Virus record (IMG/VR): IMGVR_UViG_3300038608_000011
Span: 13,678-77,677 of that record
Direction: 5' to 3' (one strand)
Length of the DNA stretch: 64,000 bases
Source: a virus
Lineage: Duplodnaviria > Caudoviricetes
Below, piece after piece: positions 1 through 8,987 of this stretch. Position numbers and translations under genes: made by a program. The stretch's first letter is position 1. Every line of letters begins with the position of its first letter. The notes below the pieces were generated by a model. That model saw only the letters and a list, made by a program, of their open reading frames with translations, was not told where the DNA came from and ran no database searches.

Positions 1-249
1 GCTTATCGTAACCAAGACAATCAGCTTGTTGTTACTCTGGATACTGTTCAAGTGATTGAGCATATTCCGTATGAGGGGAAGACAGCTGCTGATAGCGTAG
101 AAGATGATGTTTTGGGGGTGAGCTACAAGGTTAAGAAAGTGGAGAGTAAGTCTGCTGAAGAGGAGCCTGAAGCACCTAAGCCAAAAGCTAAAGTTGCTCC
201 ACAACCTGAACCGGAAGAGTTTGATGAATCAGGTTCACTACCTTTCTGA
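1..249 (+). CDS. C-terminal part (5' truncated by window) of a probable ssDNA-binding/replication protein
   Basis: Frame open from base 1 (AYRNQDNQLVVTLDTVQVIEHIPY...); acidic tail ending EEFDESGSLPF resembles SSB C-termini. Confidence 0.55.
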   Translation, partial: AYRNQDNQLVVTLDTVQVIEHIPYEGKTAADSVEDDVLGVSYKVKKVESKSAEEEPEAPKPKAKVAPQPEPEEFDESGSLPF

Positions 250-260
250 TCTAACACTAA

Positions 261-282
261 GGCACAAGGATGTGCCACTTTT
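261..282 (+). terminator. Rho-independent terminator
   Basis: GGCAC-aaggat-GTGCC hairpin followed by actttt. Confidence 0.6.
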
Positions 283-312
283 AAGTGATACCTTATTTAA
301 GGAGATACAAGC

Positions 313-768
313 ATGAGTGGACAAACGACATACAGCCCACCAATTAGTTGCACTGACCACACAAATAGTTTAGAATCAATTTCTAATGAGTGTCCCTCAA
401 AAGATAAATTCGACTTTATTTATTTGAAGACAATTCTATTTGAAAAAGATGGTGAATACTACGAAACAAAATGTTATCCTTTGGGTGATGTAATTCTCCC
501 CTCTGACCCTCCAGTATCGGAGGATGATTACGAGGCGTTGCTTGACTGTAAGCTAGAAAGACTTCGTAATTGTCACATACAGAGTTTAGAGCATCGTATG
601 CAGACTTATCTGGAAGATAATCCTAACAAACGAGGGACTGTATACTTTAGCCCAGCTAATAGGCTTGAATTTGTAAATACAGAAGCAAAAGAATTGTATG
701 TGTTTGGCTTCAAAGACTCTTCTGGTAAACTTGAGATACAATCTGAAAGTAATTTTATAATTTTGTAA
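313..768 (+). CDS. hypothetical protein
   Basis: 151-aa ORF with AAGGAG RBS. Confidence 0.75.
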   Translation: MSGQTTYSPPISCTDHTNSLESISNECPSKDKFDFIYLKTILFEKDGEYYETKCYPLGDVILPSDPPVSEDDYEALLDCKLERLRNCHIQSLEHRMQTYLEDNPNKRGTVYFSPANRLEFVNTEAKELYVFGFKDSSGKLEIQSESNFIIL

Positions 769-780
769 GGAGAAAAATAA

Positions 781-858
781 ATGAAAGAGAAGCAAAATTT
801 GTTTGATCGGGCATACCAACTAGCTCAAGAAGCAATCACCAATAAGGAATTCAAATAA
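781..858 (+). CDS. small hypothetical protein (25 aa)
   Basis: AAGGAG RBS, MKEKQNLFDRAYQLAQEAITNKEFK, TAATG coupling to next gene. Confidence 0.45.
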   Translation: MKEKQNLFDRAYQLAQEAITNKEFK

Positions 859-1085
859 TGAGTCAGTACACCGAAAAAGAATACTTCAATAATCTTGTCC
901 GCCTTTTTGAGCAGCAAATTAGCACTCGTGAGGCAATCAAGGGAGAAACTGAGCGGGCTAAAGAAAACGAACTTGATTTTAAAGTTATCAAGAAAGTTGC
1001 AAAGTTTTATGCAGATAATAATTTTGAAGAGGTTAGCGGGGAGTTTGCTTTAATCAAAGAGGCATATCAGCAGTTAACTGATTAA
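858..1085 (+). CDS. small helical DNA-binding protein, T4 DsbA/GapR-like
   Basis: IKGETERAKENELDFKVIKKVAK pattern resembles this family; recognised by eye. Confidence 0.5.
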   Translation: MSQYTEKEYFNNLVRLFEQQISTREAIKGETERAKENELDFKVIKKVAKFYADNNFEEVSGEFALIKEAYQQLTD

Positions 1086-1104
1086 CAGATACAGGGGGAA
1101 TATT

Positions 1105-2106
1105 TTGGATCTATTAGACGTGATAGATCCAAACTTTGGATTAGTAGAGAATCAAAATACTGGTAGGAAGTTTGGTAAAGACGGGCAAATTGAAATTATT
1201 GGCTGGAGTGGTAAATACAGGTCAGCTAAAAAGTATGTGCTTATTTGTAAGGAATGTGCAAAGGATCAGGAGATGTTTGGTGAAGGATACTTCAGTGCAA
1301 CACTGACCAACTTGACATCTGGGCGTATACCATGTGGTTGCGCAAAAAGTCATAAAAGAACAATAGCACAGTATGCTATTGAAGCAACTAGAACTTGTGA
1401 ATTCTTAGGGTTAAAATTCATCGATTGGGAAGGGGAGTTCAAGGATACACGTGTTAAGTGTAAGATTGAGTGCCCCGTTCATGGTATTTATGCGACAACA
1501 TCACTTAACAGCCTTATAAACCAGCAATCAGGTTGTCGGAAGTGCGCCGATGTGTATATTGCCAAGAGATTTACAAAACCGGACAATCAGATGGCAGATA
1601 AATTTATGAGCACTGGAATGTTCCAGAGTGGAACTATATTTACAAGGTCAGACTTACAAAACAAGAGTGGACATAAAACTTTCTGGAATATAGAATGTCC
1701 CCAATGTGGGTTTAGTGGAACATCACATCAGTCAAATCTTTCAGTAGGGAAAGTACCTTGCGAGTGCTCATATACAACAAAAATGACTGAAGCCTATATA
1801 AATATAATTTCAGACTCGGGTAATGACATTGCGATTAAGTTTGGAATATCTTCGTTGAGCCATAGAAGATTGAAAACACAGGGGAGGTATTCTGTCTATG
1901 ACATCAGGAAGTTTGGAGTTTGGACCTTCCCAAACTTTATTCAGTGTAGAGAAGCTGAGAATGAAGTTAAACAATGTGTTGTTAGTGGGATTTTAGGTAA
2001 AGAGGAAATGCCAGATGGCTTTACCGAAACTACCTACACATACAATGTAGATAAGGTTATTCAAATTTATGAAAGTAACGGAGGAGTTAGAATGAATGAC
2101 AAGTGA
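1105..2106 (+). CDS. putative homing endonuclease (Zn-binding repeats plus C-terminal GIY-YIG/T5orf172-like domain)
   Basis: CKEC, CPVHG, CRKC, CPQCG motifs; IKFGISS...EAENEVK...GFTET C-terminal pattern. Confidence 0.7.
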   Translation: MDLLDVIDPNFGLVENQNTGRKFGKDGQIEIIGWSGKYRSAKKYVLICKECAKDQEMFGEGYFSATLTNLTSGRIPCGCAKSHKRTIAQYAIEATRTCEFLGLKFIDWEGEFKDTRVKCKIECPVHGIYATTSLNSLINQQSGCRKCADVYIAKRFTKPDNQMADKFMSTGMFQSGTIFTRSDLQNKSGHKTFWNIECPQCGFSGTSHQSNLSVGKVPCECSYTTKMTEAYINIISDSGNDIAIKFGISSLSHRRLKTQGRYSVYDIRKFGVWTFPNFIQCREAENEVKQCVVSGILGKEEMPDGFTETTYTYNVDKVIQIYESNGGVRMNDK

Positions 2107-2323
2107 TGAAATGCAGTGGTTAAAACAACTTTACCAAGCCAACGATCTTGATGCCACTGTAGCCAACTTCTATCTAAATACTGATTCTCGTTCTACCCAT
2201 GTTGGCTTATTGCGAGCAATGGTGATTCAGCTACTAGCAGACAAGGGCGGATTGCAAGAGGAAAACAAGAAGATGGCTAGTATTCTTAAGAATCATAATT
2301 TGTATCATGAATTATTGGAGTGA
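2096..2323 (+). CDS. hypothetical protein
   Basis: 75-aa ORF coupled to neighbours. Confidence 0.7.
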   Translation: MTSDEMQWLKQLYQANDLDATVANFYLNTDSRSTHVGLLRAMVIQLLADKGGLQEENKKMASILKNHNLYHELLE

Positions 2324-2332
2324 GGAGGTATT

Positions 2333-3265
2333 ATGGGTAAACTTTTAGTTTTAGATTGTGATACGATTTTGTACAGCTCAGCTGCAATGCACCAAGAAAA
2401 TAAATGCAATGTAATCCATAAATCATCTGGACGTGAAAAACTCTTTGATTCAAAAACATCATTTAATGATTGGATCAAGTCTCAAGATAAGTGGACTAAA
2501 GATGAATTTGATTTTCAAGTTGTAAGTTCTATTGTTGGTGAAACTCGATTTGCTTTTCAATCAATCAAACAAAAGATTGAAAACATTCTTGAAGCAACTA
2601 AATGTACAGATTATAAAATTTGTATTGAAGGGGAGGGGAACTTCCGTAAAGACTTTGAATCCAAATATGTCCAATATAAATCTCATAGACCACCTAAACC
2701 ACTGTTGTTTGAAGAGTGCAGAGAGTTTGTAGTTAAGAAATACAAGAAGCAATTAGTAGAATCTGTACAGCGGGAAACTGACGATTCATGTAATATTTAC
2801 GCTTGGGAAAGTTATGAAAAAGCTTTGAAGTCTAAGAATAAAGATGGTGCAAATGTCATACTCGCGGCCTGCGACAAGGACTTGTTTGCAAATAGCCGAG
2901 GCTGGATGTTCAACTACTTCAAACCAGAGAAGGGGGTGTTCTGGAACGATGCCTTTCAACAGTCCTACAACTTCGCTACGCAGCTTTTGACTGGGGATAA
3001 TGCAGATGCTATCCCTGGTATTGAAAAGCTCTCAGACATCACTAGGGAACGTTTTAGCATCAAGACGAAGGGTGTTGGTCCTGCTACAGCTACAAAGATT
3101 CTTGCTGAATGTAAAACTGAAAGGGATTTAGCACAAAGAGTTTATGAATGCTATTCAGCAGCTTGGGAAGAAGATTGGGATGATAGGTTGAATGAGAATG
3201 GATTCTTTCTTTATTTGCTACGTAGTGAAAAGGATAAGTGGAATATGGATAGGTATTTGGAATGA
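2333..3265 (+). CDS. 5'-3' exonuclease (T7 gp6/FEN-like)
   Basis: LVLDCD, ETDD, CDKDL and LLTGDNADAIPGI (H3TH) motifs. Confidence 0.9.
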   Translation: MGKLLVLDCDTILYSSAAMHQENKCNVIHKSSGREKLFDSKTSFNDWIKSQDKWTKDEFDFQVVSSIVGETRFAFQSIKQKIENILEATKCTDYKICIEGEGNFRKDFESKYVQYKSHRPPKPLLFEECREFVVKKYKKQLVESVQRETDDSCNIYAWESYEKALKSKNKDGANVILAACDKDLFANSRGWMFNYFKPEKGVFWNDAFQQSYNFATQLLTGDNADAIPGIEKLSDITRERFSIKTKGVGPATATKILAECKTERDLAQRVYECYSAAWEEDWDDRLNENGFFLYLLRSEKDKWNMDRYLE

Positions 3266-3795
3266 AAGAGCCATGGATAGAATTTAATCACATTTGGGGA
3301 ACAAAAGCAGCTTTCTTCAACTACCTACGCGGGGCACTACGACAAGCTGTGTGGAATCGCTGGCCTGGGAAGATTGAATTTAAAAACTCTGTTGTAGACG
3401 TCCCCCCAGAAGATTACACTGGAAGGGCTAAATCTGGTGCATATTGTGCATTAAGTGGTGAGTGGGTGGGGAAGTCAGCCGCTGAAATTGACCATATTAT
3501 AGGTAACGTTTCTTTACAAGACTGGGAAGACCTGCTACCATTCGTTCAACATCTATGTGCTTCTAAAGAGAATTTACAATATGTGTCTCGTGAAGCCCAT
3601 AAAATTAAATCTTACGCTGAAAAACAAAAAATAAGCTTTGAAGAAGCTGTAGCTCAAAAGGCAGCAATTGCTATTTGTAAAGCTAAGAAGGATGTGGAAT
3701 GGCTTAAGGAGAAAGGGATTCGCCCAGAGAAGAATGGTCTTAAGCGTAGAGGGCAGATTGTTAATAAACTTTTAGAGGAACAACTAAATGAATGA
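3262..3795 (+). CDS. conserved HNH-type endonuclease
   Basis: YCALSG...EIDHIIG...NLQYV..EAHKIKS. Confidence 0.7.
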   Translation: MKEPWIEFNHIWGTKAAFFNYLRGALRQAVWNRWPGKIEFKNSVVDVPPEDYTGRAKSGAYCALSGEWVGKSAAEIDHIIGNVSLQDWEDLLPFVQHLCASKENLQYVSREAHKIKSYAEKQKISFEEAVAQKAAIAICKAKKDVEWLKEKGIRPEKNGLKRRGQIVNKLLEEQLNE

Positions 3796-4432
3796 CAAGA
3801 AAATAAGATTATGCAAGAGCCGAAAACTTGTTGCTGGTTTTGGTATAAATGACGCTGGTTACACTACAGCAATCAGCGAGAGTCGTAAAAATGAGAGCGG
3901 TAAATATGTAAAGAAAGTCCTCTGGACGTGCCCTTATTTTTCAAGGTGGACTTCAATGCTTCACCGAGCATATAACCATTTAGACCGCCCAACTTACGAA
4001 GGATGCTCTGTGGCCGATGATTGGTTGACATTTTCAAACTTCAAAGCTTGGATGGAGAATCAGTATTGGGAAGGACTTCAGCTTGATAAGGATATATTAG
4101 TGGAAGGTAATAAAGTTTATTCCGCGTCAACCTGTGCCTTTGTGCCAAACTATCTTAATGTGGTTGTCTCAATTGCCAGAATGGGGTCTAAATATGGCCC
4201 AGGCGTGTATGTGGTAGGTAAGAAGTTTGTAGCTAAGATGACTATTGAGGGGTCTTCTGTAGAGATAGGTAGGTTCAAGACACAAGAGGAGGCCACTAAT
4301 GCGTACAGGGCAGCCAAGGCTGAAGCCCTTGAAAAGGCTCTCCGTAGATACAAAGAAGAAAGTTTCTTTAATAAGGGTGTCGAATCTGCTATCCTAATGA
4401 AAATTAGGAATATGAGGGGTGATAATGTCTAA
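3788..4432 (+). CDS. HNH homing endonuclease with AP2-like C-terminus
   Basis: GFGINDA, WTSMLHRAY, LDKDIL..GNKVYS..TCAFVP; paralog of 48568-49194. Confidence 0.85.
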   Translation: MNDKKIRLCKSRKLVAGFGINDAGYTTAISESRKNESGKYVKKVLWTCPYFSRWTSMLHRAYNHLDRPTYEGCSVADDWLTFSNFKAWMENQYWEGLQLDKDILVEGNKVYSASTCAFVPNYLNVVVSIARMGSKYGPGVYVVGKKFVAKMTIEGSSVEIGRFKTQEEATNAYRAAKAEALEKALRRYKEESFFNKGVESAILMKIRNMRGDNV

Positions 4433-4772
4433 GTTATCCAAAGAAACAATGTTCACAGAACTTTCAATCCAACTTGCACGAATTGAAGCCAAGCTGGACA
4501 AGCTTCTTGAACAAAAGGTTGTTAAAATTAATCCACCAACTATTGGTTGGAAAGACCCTTTCTTAAGGGATTACAAGCAATCTGTTCAGACTAAATCAGA
4601 TTGCTTGTGGGATAATCTGCCTCCAGAATATAGACTGAAACCAATATCGATGAGTTGTCCTTGTCTGAAGTGCTCTGCTTATTGTGCTAGCGGTTCTGTA
4701 GTTGAGGCGTTGAATAAAGAATATTTCACACAAGATGGTAAACGAGTCACTGACTTTGGAGTGGAAGAATGA
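4425..4772 (+). CDS. hypothetical protein
   Basis: ORF with CPCLKC motif; start placed at MSKLS. Confidence 0.65.
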   Translation: MSKLSKETMFTELSIQLARIEAKLDKLLEQKVVKINPPTIGWKDPFLRDYKQSVQTKSDCLWDNLPPEYRLKPISMSCPCLKCSAYCASGSVVEALNKEYFTQDGKRVTDFGVEE

Positions 4773-4888
4773 ATGACTCACCAACCGTAGAAGAATCGTA
4801 CTGGGGCTTCTATTACTGGAGCCTTCTCCTAGAATTCGGTGTATATAGTAGTGTGTGGCAATGGCAAGTTTGGGGAGGTGGGTTTTGA
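4769..4888 (+). CDS. small Trp-rich hypothetical protein (39 aa)
   Basis: ATGA overlap upstream, TTGA overlap downstream; MNDSPTVEESYWGFYYWSLLLEFGVYSSVWQWQVWGGGF. Confidence 0.4.
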   Translation: MNDSPTVEESYWGFYYWSLLLEFGVYSSVWQWQVWGGGF

Positions 4889-5814
4889 AAGATTGGAAAA
4901 CAGAAGCTTTACTAATGAAGTCAGAGGGGTTTTCTAGCAGATACATTGCTAGTGTACTTGGTAAAGGTAAATCAACAATTAATGATTTGGTGAAGAAGTT
5001 TTACTCAGGCCAAGGTATTAGTGTTATCATCCCTGTCGTACAAAACGCTCCAAAGATTCTCTTCATCGATATAGAAACAAAACCGATCCTTGCCCATGTG
5101 TGGCGGTTGTTTGATCAGAATGTTGGGCTGAACCAAATACAAGAAGACTGGTCTATACTGTCCTATTGCGCTAAATGGAAAGGCTGTGATGATGTTATTT
5201 ATGAAGACCTCCAAGGAGCCGAAGACTTTGAAGATGATAGCAAGCTTCTAGGTAACCTTTGGAAATTAATGAATGAAGCCGATATTATTATCGGTCAAAA
5301 TAGCAAACGATTTGATGTGAAGAAAATCAATGCACGGCTTATTCTTAATGGATACCCTAAGCCGAGTACATTTCGTCAGATTGATACATTGAATATTGCC
5401 AAGGCTCAGTTTGGATTCACTTCGAATAAGTTAGCCTATATGACAGACCAACTATGTACTAAGTATAAGAAGCTTGAACACGGTAAGTTTGCAGGCCATT
5501 TGCTCTGGTCTGAGTGTATGAAGAATAATCCTGAAGCTTGGGCTGAGATGAAGCTTTACAACATCAATGATGTGTTGAGTCTGGAAGAGCTTTACGACCT
5601 ACTTAGCAGTTGGGATAACACTCTTCCTAACTTTGATGTTTATGTAGATGAAATTCTAGATATGAGTGTTTGGGAAGAAGATGGTTTCCACTACAGTAAT
5701 CTAGGGAAATATAAACGCTATCGTAATAAAATCACTGGTGTTCAGCGTAGATCACGAGTAAACTTGTTGACGAAAGCCAAAAGAGATTCACTGTTATCTA
5801 ATATCACAAGTTAA
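4885..5814 (+). CDS. DEDD/RNase H-like 3'-5' exonuclease with N-terminal HTH
   Basis: ILFIDIET, GQNSKRFD, YNINDV motifs; TTG start with GGAGG RBS. Confidence 0.85.
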   Translation: MKDWKTEALLMKSEGFSSRYIASVLGKGKSTINDLVKKFYSGQGISVIIPVVQNAPKILFIDIETKPILAHVWRLFDQNVGLNQIQEDWSILSYCAKWKGCDDVIYEDLQGAEDFEDDSKLLGNLWKLMNEADIIIGQNSKRFDVKKINARLILNGYPKPSTFRQIDTLNIAKAQFGFTSNKLAYMTDQLCTKYKKLEHGKFAGHLLWSECMKNNPEAWAEMKLYNINDVLSLEELYDLLSSWDNTLPNFDVYVDEILDMSVWEEDGFHYSNLGKYKRYRNKITGVQRRSRVNLLTKAKRDSLLSNITS

Positions 5815-5826
5815 GAAGGAATATAG

Positions 5827-6117
5827 TTGAAATACGAACAGGAAGTGATAAGCTGGGCAACAGCCAGAGGCATCTTCGACAAGGCCACTAAAGACACTCA
5901 ATGGGACAAAACTCAAGAAGAGGTGATTGAGCTAGTTTTAGCCATTGATCGTAACTCTGCGCACGAAGCCAAAGATGCCATTGGAGACATTATTGTAACG
6001 TTAGTGATCCAAGCAAAGATGTGGGGATTTTCTATTGACGAATGCGTAGAGGCGGCCTACAATGAGATCAAGGGTCGTACAGGCATTATGCAGAACGGGA
6101 TTTTTATTAAAGATTAG
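5827..6117 (+). CDS. MazG-like nucleotide pyrophosphohydrolase
   Basis: EEVIEL...DAIGDIIVTL...CVEAAYNEIKGRTG. Confidence 0.85.
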   Translation: MKYEQEVISWATARGIFDKATKDTQWDKTQEEVIELVLAIDRNSAHEAKDAIGDIIVTLVIQAKMWGFSIDECVEAAYNEIKGRTGIMQNGIFIKD

Positions 6118-6125
6118 GAGGTGTT

Positions 6126-6626
6126 ATGGTGATGTCACCGCTTGACGATGGGGATGTTTGTTTAATGAAAGTGGGCTTAAATTATCCGTTTAGAATAAAC
6201 GATCAGATAGTTGTAATTGGGCAACCTAACTACGTTAAAGGTACAGTACAAATTTGTAGTTATCCTTTTGAAGACAACTGGAAAATGAACATTCACACTG
6301 TTTCTTTTGGAGATATTGGTCCTGTACTTTGGAATAGGTTTGAAGAGGTTGTGGAGAAAACAAAAACAAAGGATATGATCAATTCACCCAACCATTATAT
6401 TCTCTTCAATAAAGATGAGATTGAGGGAGATTCGATTGAAGTGAAGCATGTAGTGAAGGCTATTCTTGAGCGTTGGGAAAGCCAAGAAAATATTTCATTT
6501 GATTTCTATCAAGCAGGTTGTTACAAGGAACTTCTTCAATATCTTCTACGTGCTCCTTTGAAGAATAATATTGAAGATGTACAGAAAGCTGAATACTACT
6601 TGAAAGAGATTATCAATGAGTGGTAA
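6126..6626 (+). CDS. DUF3310 (T7 gp1.7-like nucleotide kinase) domain protein
   Basis: INSPNHY...YLLRAPLKNNIEDVQKAEYYL. Confidence 0.75.
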   Translation: MVMSPLDDGDVCLMKVGLNYPFRINDQIVVIGQPNYVKGTVQICSYPFEDNWKMNIHTVSFGDIGPVLWNRFEEVVEKTKTKDMINSPNHYILFNKDEIEGDSIEVKHVVKAILERWESQENISFDFYQAGCYKELLQYLLRAPLKNNIEDVQKAEYYLKEIINEW

Positions 6627-7167
6627 AAGACAGCTTGCGATTGATGTAGACAACACAGTAATTGATACAAACCAAGGATGGTATGACTATTTGAAGTATT
6701 ACAATGGTCTCGCGAAGATGGTTAAACGGGAAGATGGGATGCTTCCTTACAATCTAGCTGAAATATTTCCGTCTGTACAGGAACCTATGTTATACTGGAA
6801 ACAGCTTGATTACTTCCAATTTGAGCCAATAGAGGGTAGTGTACGAGTACTGGAAATGCTTTCGCAATATTTTGATATTGTATTCTTGAGCCAACAAAGC
6901 GGGACACATGGACGTTCTAAATACTATTGGCTTGAGGAGTGGTTTCCGTTCAAGAAGGCTGTTGTACTTACGCATGAGAAGTTTGTATTCAACGATGCTG
7001 TTGTAGCGCTTGTAGATGATAGGAAAGAGCATCTGAAAGGCTTCGACCTTAACAAGCGGATATTGTTTGACACACCGTATGATCAAAGTGTAGAGTGTGA
7101 TGTAAATATGGTGATTAATAAATGGAGTGATGAAGTTGTTGAAAGAATTTGCAAGGAGTATCTATGA
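6616..7167 (+). CDS. HAD-family 5'(3')-deoxyribonucleotidase
   Basis: LAIDVDNT motif I, LVDD motif IV, LFDTPYD. Confidence 0.85.
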   Translation: MSGKRQLAIDVDNTVIDTNQGWYDYLKYYNGLAKMVKREDGMLPYNLAEIFPSVQEPMLYWKQLDYFQFEPIEGSVRVLEMLSQYFDIVFLSQQSGTHGRSKYYWLEEWFPFKKAVVLTHEKFVFNDAVVALVDDRKEHLKGFDLNKRILFDTPYDQSVECDVNMVINKWSDEVVERICKEYL

Positions 7168-7340
7168 ATCTACCATCTGAAAGGTACTTTGAGCTAGTGA
7201 AAACAGAAGAAGATTATGCTATGTTTATATCCAGCGGAATGAGTTTTGAGGTTGAATCATTTTGCCCATTCTCTTGGCAAGAACACTTGAGTATGGTAGA
7301 GTATAAACAGAATTTAGAATTGAATAAGGAGGAAGAATGA
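7164..7340 (+). CDS. hypothetical protein
   Basis: ATGA-coupled ORF with GGAG RBS. Confidence 0.6.
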   Translation: MNLPSERYFELVKTEEDYAMFISSGMSFEVESFCPFSWQEHLSMVEYKQNLELNKEEE

Positions 7341-8395
7341 TACAGATTAAAGTTGAATACCTGCGACATAGCGGGGATGACCTTGCTGTAGTAGATGCTG
7401 CGAGAACTTCTTTTGATAAGCAGAGTGAGTGGGACTACTCTTGTGATGAGATGTGCTTCACTTGTGTTTGTGGTGGACGAAATAAGAAACTGAAATCTTC
7501 GGATGAAAAACTTATCAAGTACCTCGCAAACCACAAGCATTATTCACCATTTAATCATAGCTTCATTAGTGTTCGTGTTACAGCTCCGGTATTTGTAGCA
7601 CGACAACTTGTCAAGCACAAGTTTATGCCATTTAACGAGGTGTCACGTCGTTATGTTACTGATACGCCAGAATTCTACAAGCCTGACCGCTGGCGCAAGG
7701 CAGCCCCAAATGTAAAACAAGGATCTTCTGCAACAGAGTTTGTAGATATTATTAACAGTAAATGGAAGCGTGATGAAGGTACACCAAGTGAACGACGCAA
7801 CCCTTGCACTATCAAGTTTGCACGTCTGGGGTGGAGAGTAAAGGCAGAAGGTCTTCCGTTTGATCTAAACATTGAAGATGTTGAGTGGAATGAAGTTTGC
7901 CCTTTGATGAATATCCCACTAAACTATGATGTTTCACGAGGTGGTATTTTTGATGATACCCCTACCTTTGACAAAATTTACCCTGACAAGGGGTATGTAA
8001 AGGGGAACGTTCGAGTTATTAGTGATTTGGCTAACCGAATGAAAAGCTCAGCCACGCCAGAACAACTAGAAACATTTGCACGGGCTACATTGTTGGAGTG
8101 GAAAGGTGAAGTGGGTTGTGGTCAAAGTCCTGAGAAGTTGGCTCAAGCAAGCCTTAAAGAATATGAACGGCTTTTGTCTTTAGGCGTGTGTGCCGAACAA
8201 GCCAGACAAGTTCTTCCACAATCGATGATGACGACATGGATTTGGAGCGGTACATTGGGGGCCTTCTGTGATATGCTTGTTCTTCGTCTTGATGAACATA
8301 CTCAATATGAAACACGAGTAGTTGCACAACAAGTGGCAGAGATTGTTAAAGAGTTGTTTCCTGTAAGTTATGTGGCTTTAGTAGAGGATAAATAA
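7337..8395 (+). CDS. thyX: flavin-dependent thymidylate synthase with in-frame HNH-type domain insertion (aa ~140-260)
   Basis: VDAARTSF, HYSPFNH, ARQLVKH, NEVSRRY, EQARQVLPQS, HTQYETR motifs; insert aligns to ORF 11722-12195. Confidence 0.92.
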   Translation: MIQIKVEYLRHSGDDLAVVDAARTSFDKQSEWDYSCDEMCFTCVCGGRNKKLKSSDEKLIKYLANHKHYSPFNHSFISVRVTAPVFVARQLVKHKFMPFNEVSRRYVTDTPEFYKPDRWRKAAPNVKQGSSATEFVDIINSKWKRDEGTPSERRNPCTIKFARLGWRVKAEGLPFDLNIEDVEWNEVCPLMNIPLNYDVSRGGIFDDTPTFDKIYPDKGYVKGNVRVISDLANRMKSSATPEQLETFARATLLEWKGEVGCGQSPEKLAQASLKEYERLLSLGVCAEQARQVLPQSMMTTWIWSGTLGAFCDMLVLRLDEHTQYETRVVAQQVAEIVKELFPVSYVALVEDK

Positions 8396-8396
8396 A

Positions 8397-8606
8397 ATGT
8401 TTGATCAACACGGTAACATAGAAGAACGAGATGATTATTCTCTTCCTGCTTGGGCAATGGATACAGTAAACATAATCAAACAAAGGGAGTTTCTTCCAGA
8501 TAAGTCAGGAGCCTTTCTGATCTTTATTGAGAATCTTACAGAGTTTCTAGATTGTTATTACTCTGGCCAAAGTCCATACGAATCGTATCGTGAAATGAAA
8601 GAATAA
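8397..8606 (+). CDS. hypothetical protein
   Basis: 69-aa ORF in operon. Confidence 0.65.
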   Translation: MFDQHGNIEERDDYSLPAWAMDTVNIIKQREFLPDKSGAFLIFIENLTEFLDCYYSGQSPYESYREMKE

Positions 8607-8615
8607 GGGGAATAT

Positions 8616-8987
8616 ATGAGTAGTACAGGTTTTTCGCTCTCGCTCTATGATCTAATTCAAATAGATAAATTCAAACAAGCTATTAAGGACGGGGACCAGA
8701 AGAAAGCAGAAGAAGTGTTGCATGAGAATGGCCTGGCCGTTGGCCTCGGCTACGAGCAAGTAGTATGTACACATCGTTGTCTTACTAGAAAGGAACCGTG
8801 GTACGGCGTACGATATGAAGGGTCAGAGCGCACAGATAAAGAATTCTTAGCCACAGGATCGGCTAGTCTTGACGCTCATATTGCAAGCTCTGGGGATATG
8901 ACTCTTCGTAAAGAATTGAAGAATATGAGCAAGACAAGTGAAAGCGTTTCAACAAACGAATTTAAGGAATGGGGAGAAGAGGATTGA
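8616..8987 (+). CDS. hypothetical protein
   Basis: 123-aa ORF with RBS, coupled to nrdB. Confidence 0.75.
   Translation: MSSTGFSLSLYDLIQIDKFKQAIKDGDQKKAEEVLHENGLAVGLGYEQVVCTHRCLTRKEPWYGVRYEGSERTDKEFLATGSASLDAHIASSGDMTLRKELKNMSKTSESVSTNEFKEWGEED

Noticed and set aside
5827-7167. MazG-like, DUF3310 and nucleotidase (plus HD gene) as a modified-base (Z-genome) pathway
   Set aside because: No PurZ or other base-modifying synthase or transferase in the window; these genes are ordinary dNTP-pool enzymes in such phages.
7754-8116. ThyX insertion as an intein or group I intron
   Set aside because: No intein terminal residues or splicing blocks. No P7 (GACUA/UAGUC) elements, and the nuclease fills almost the whole insert in frame.
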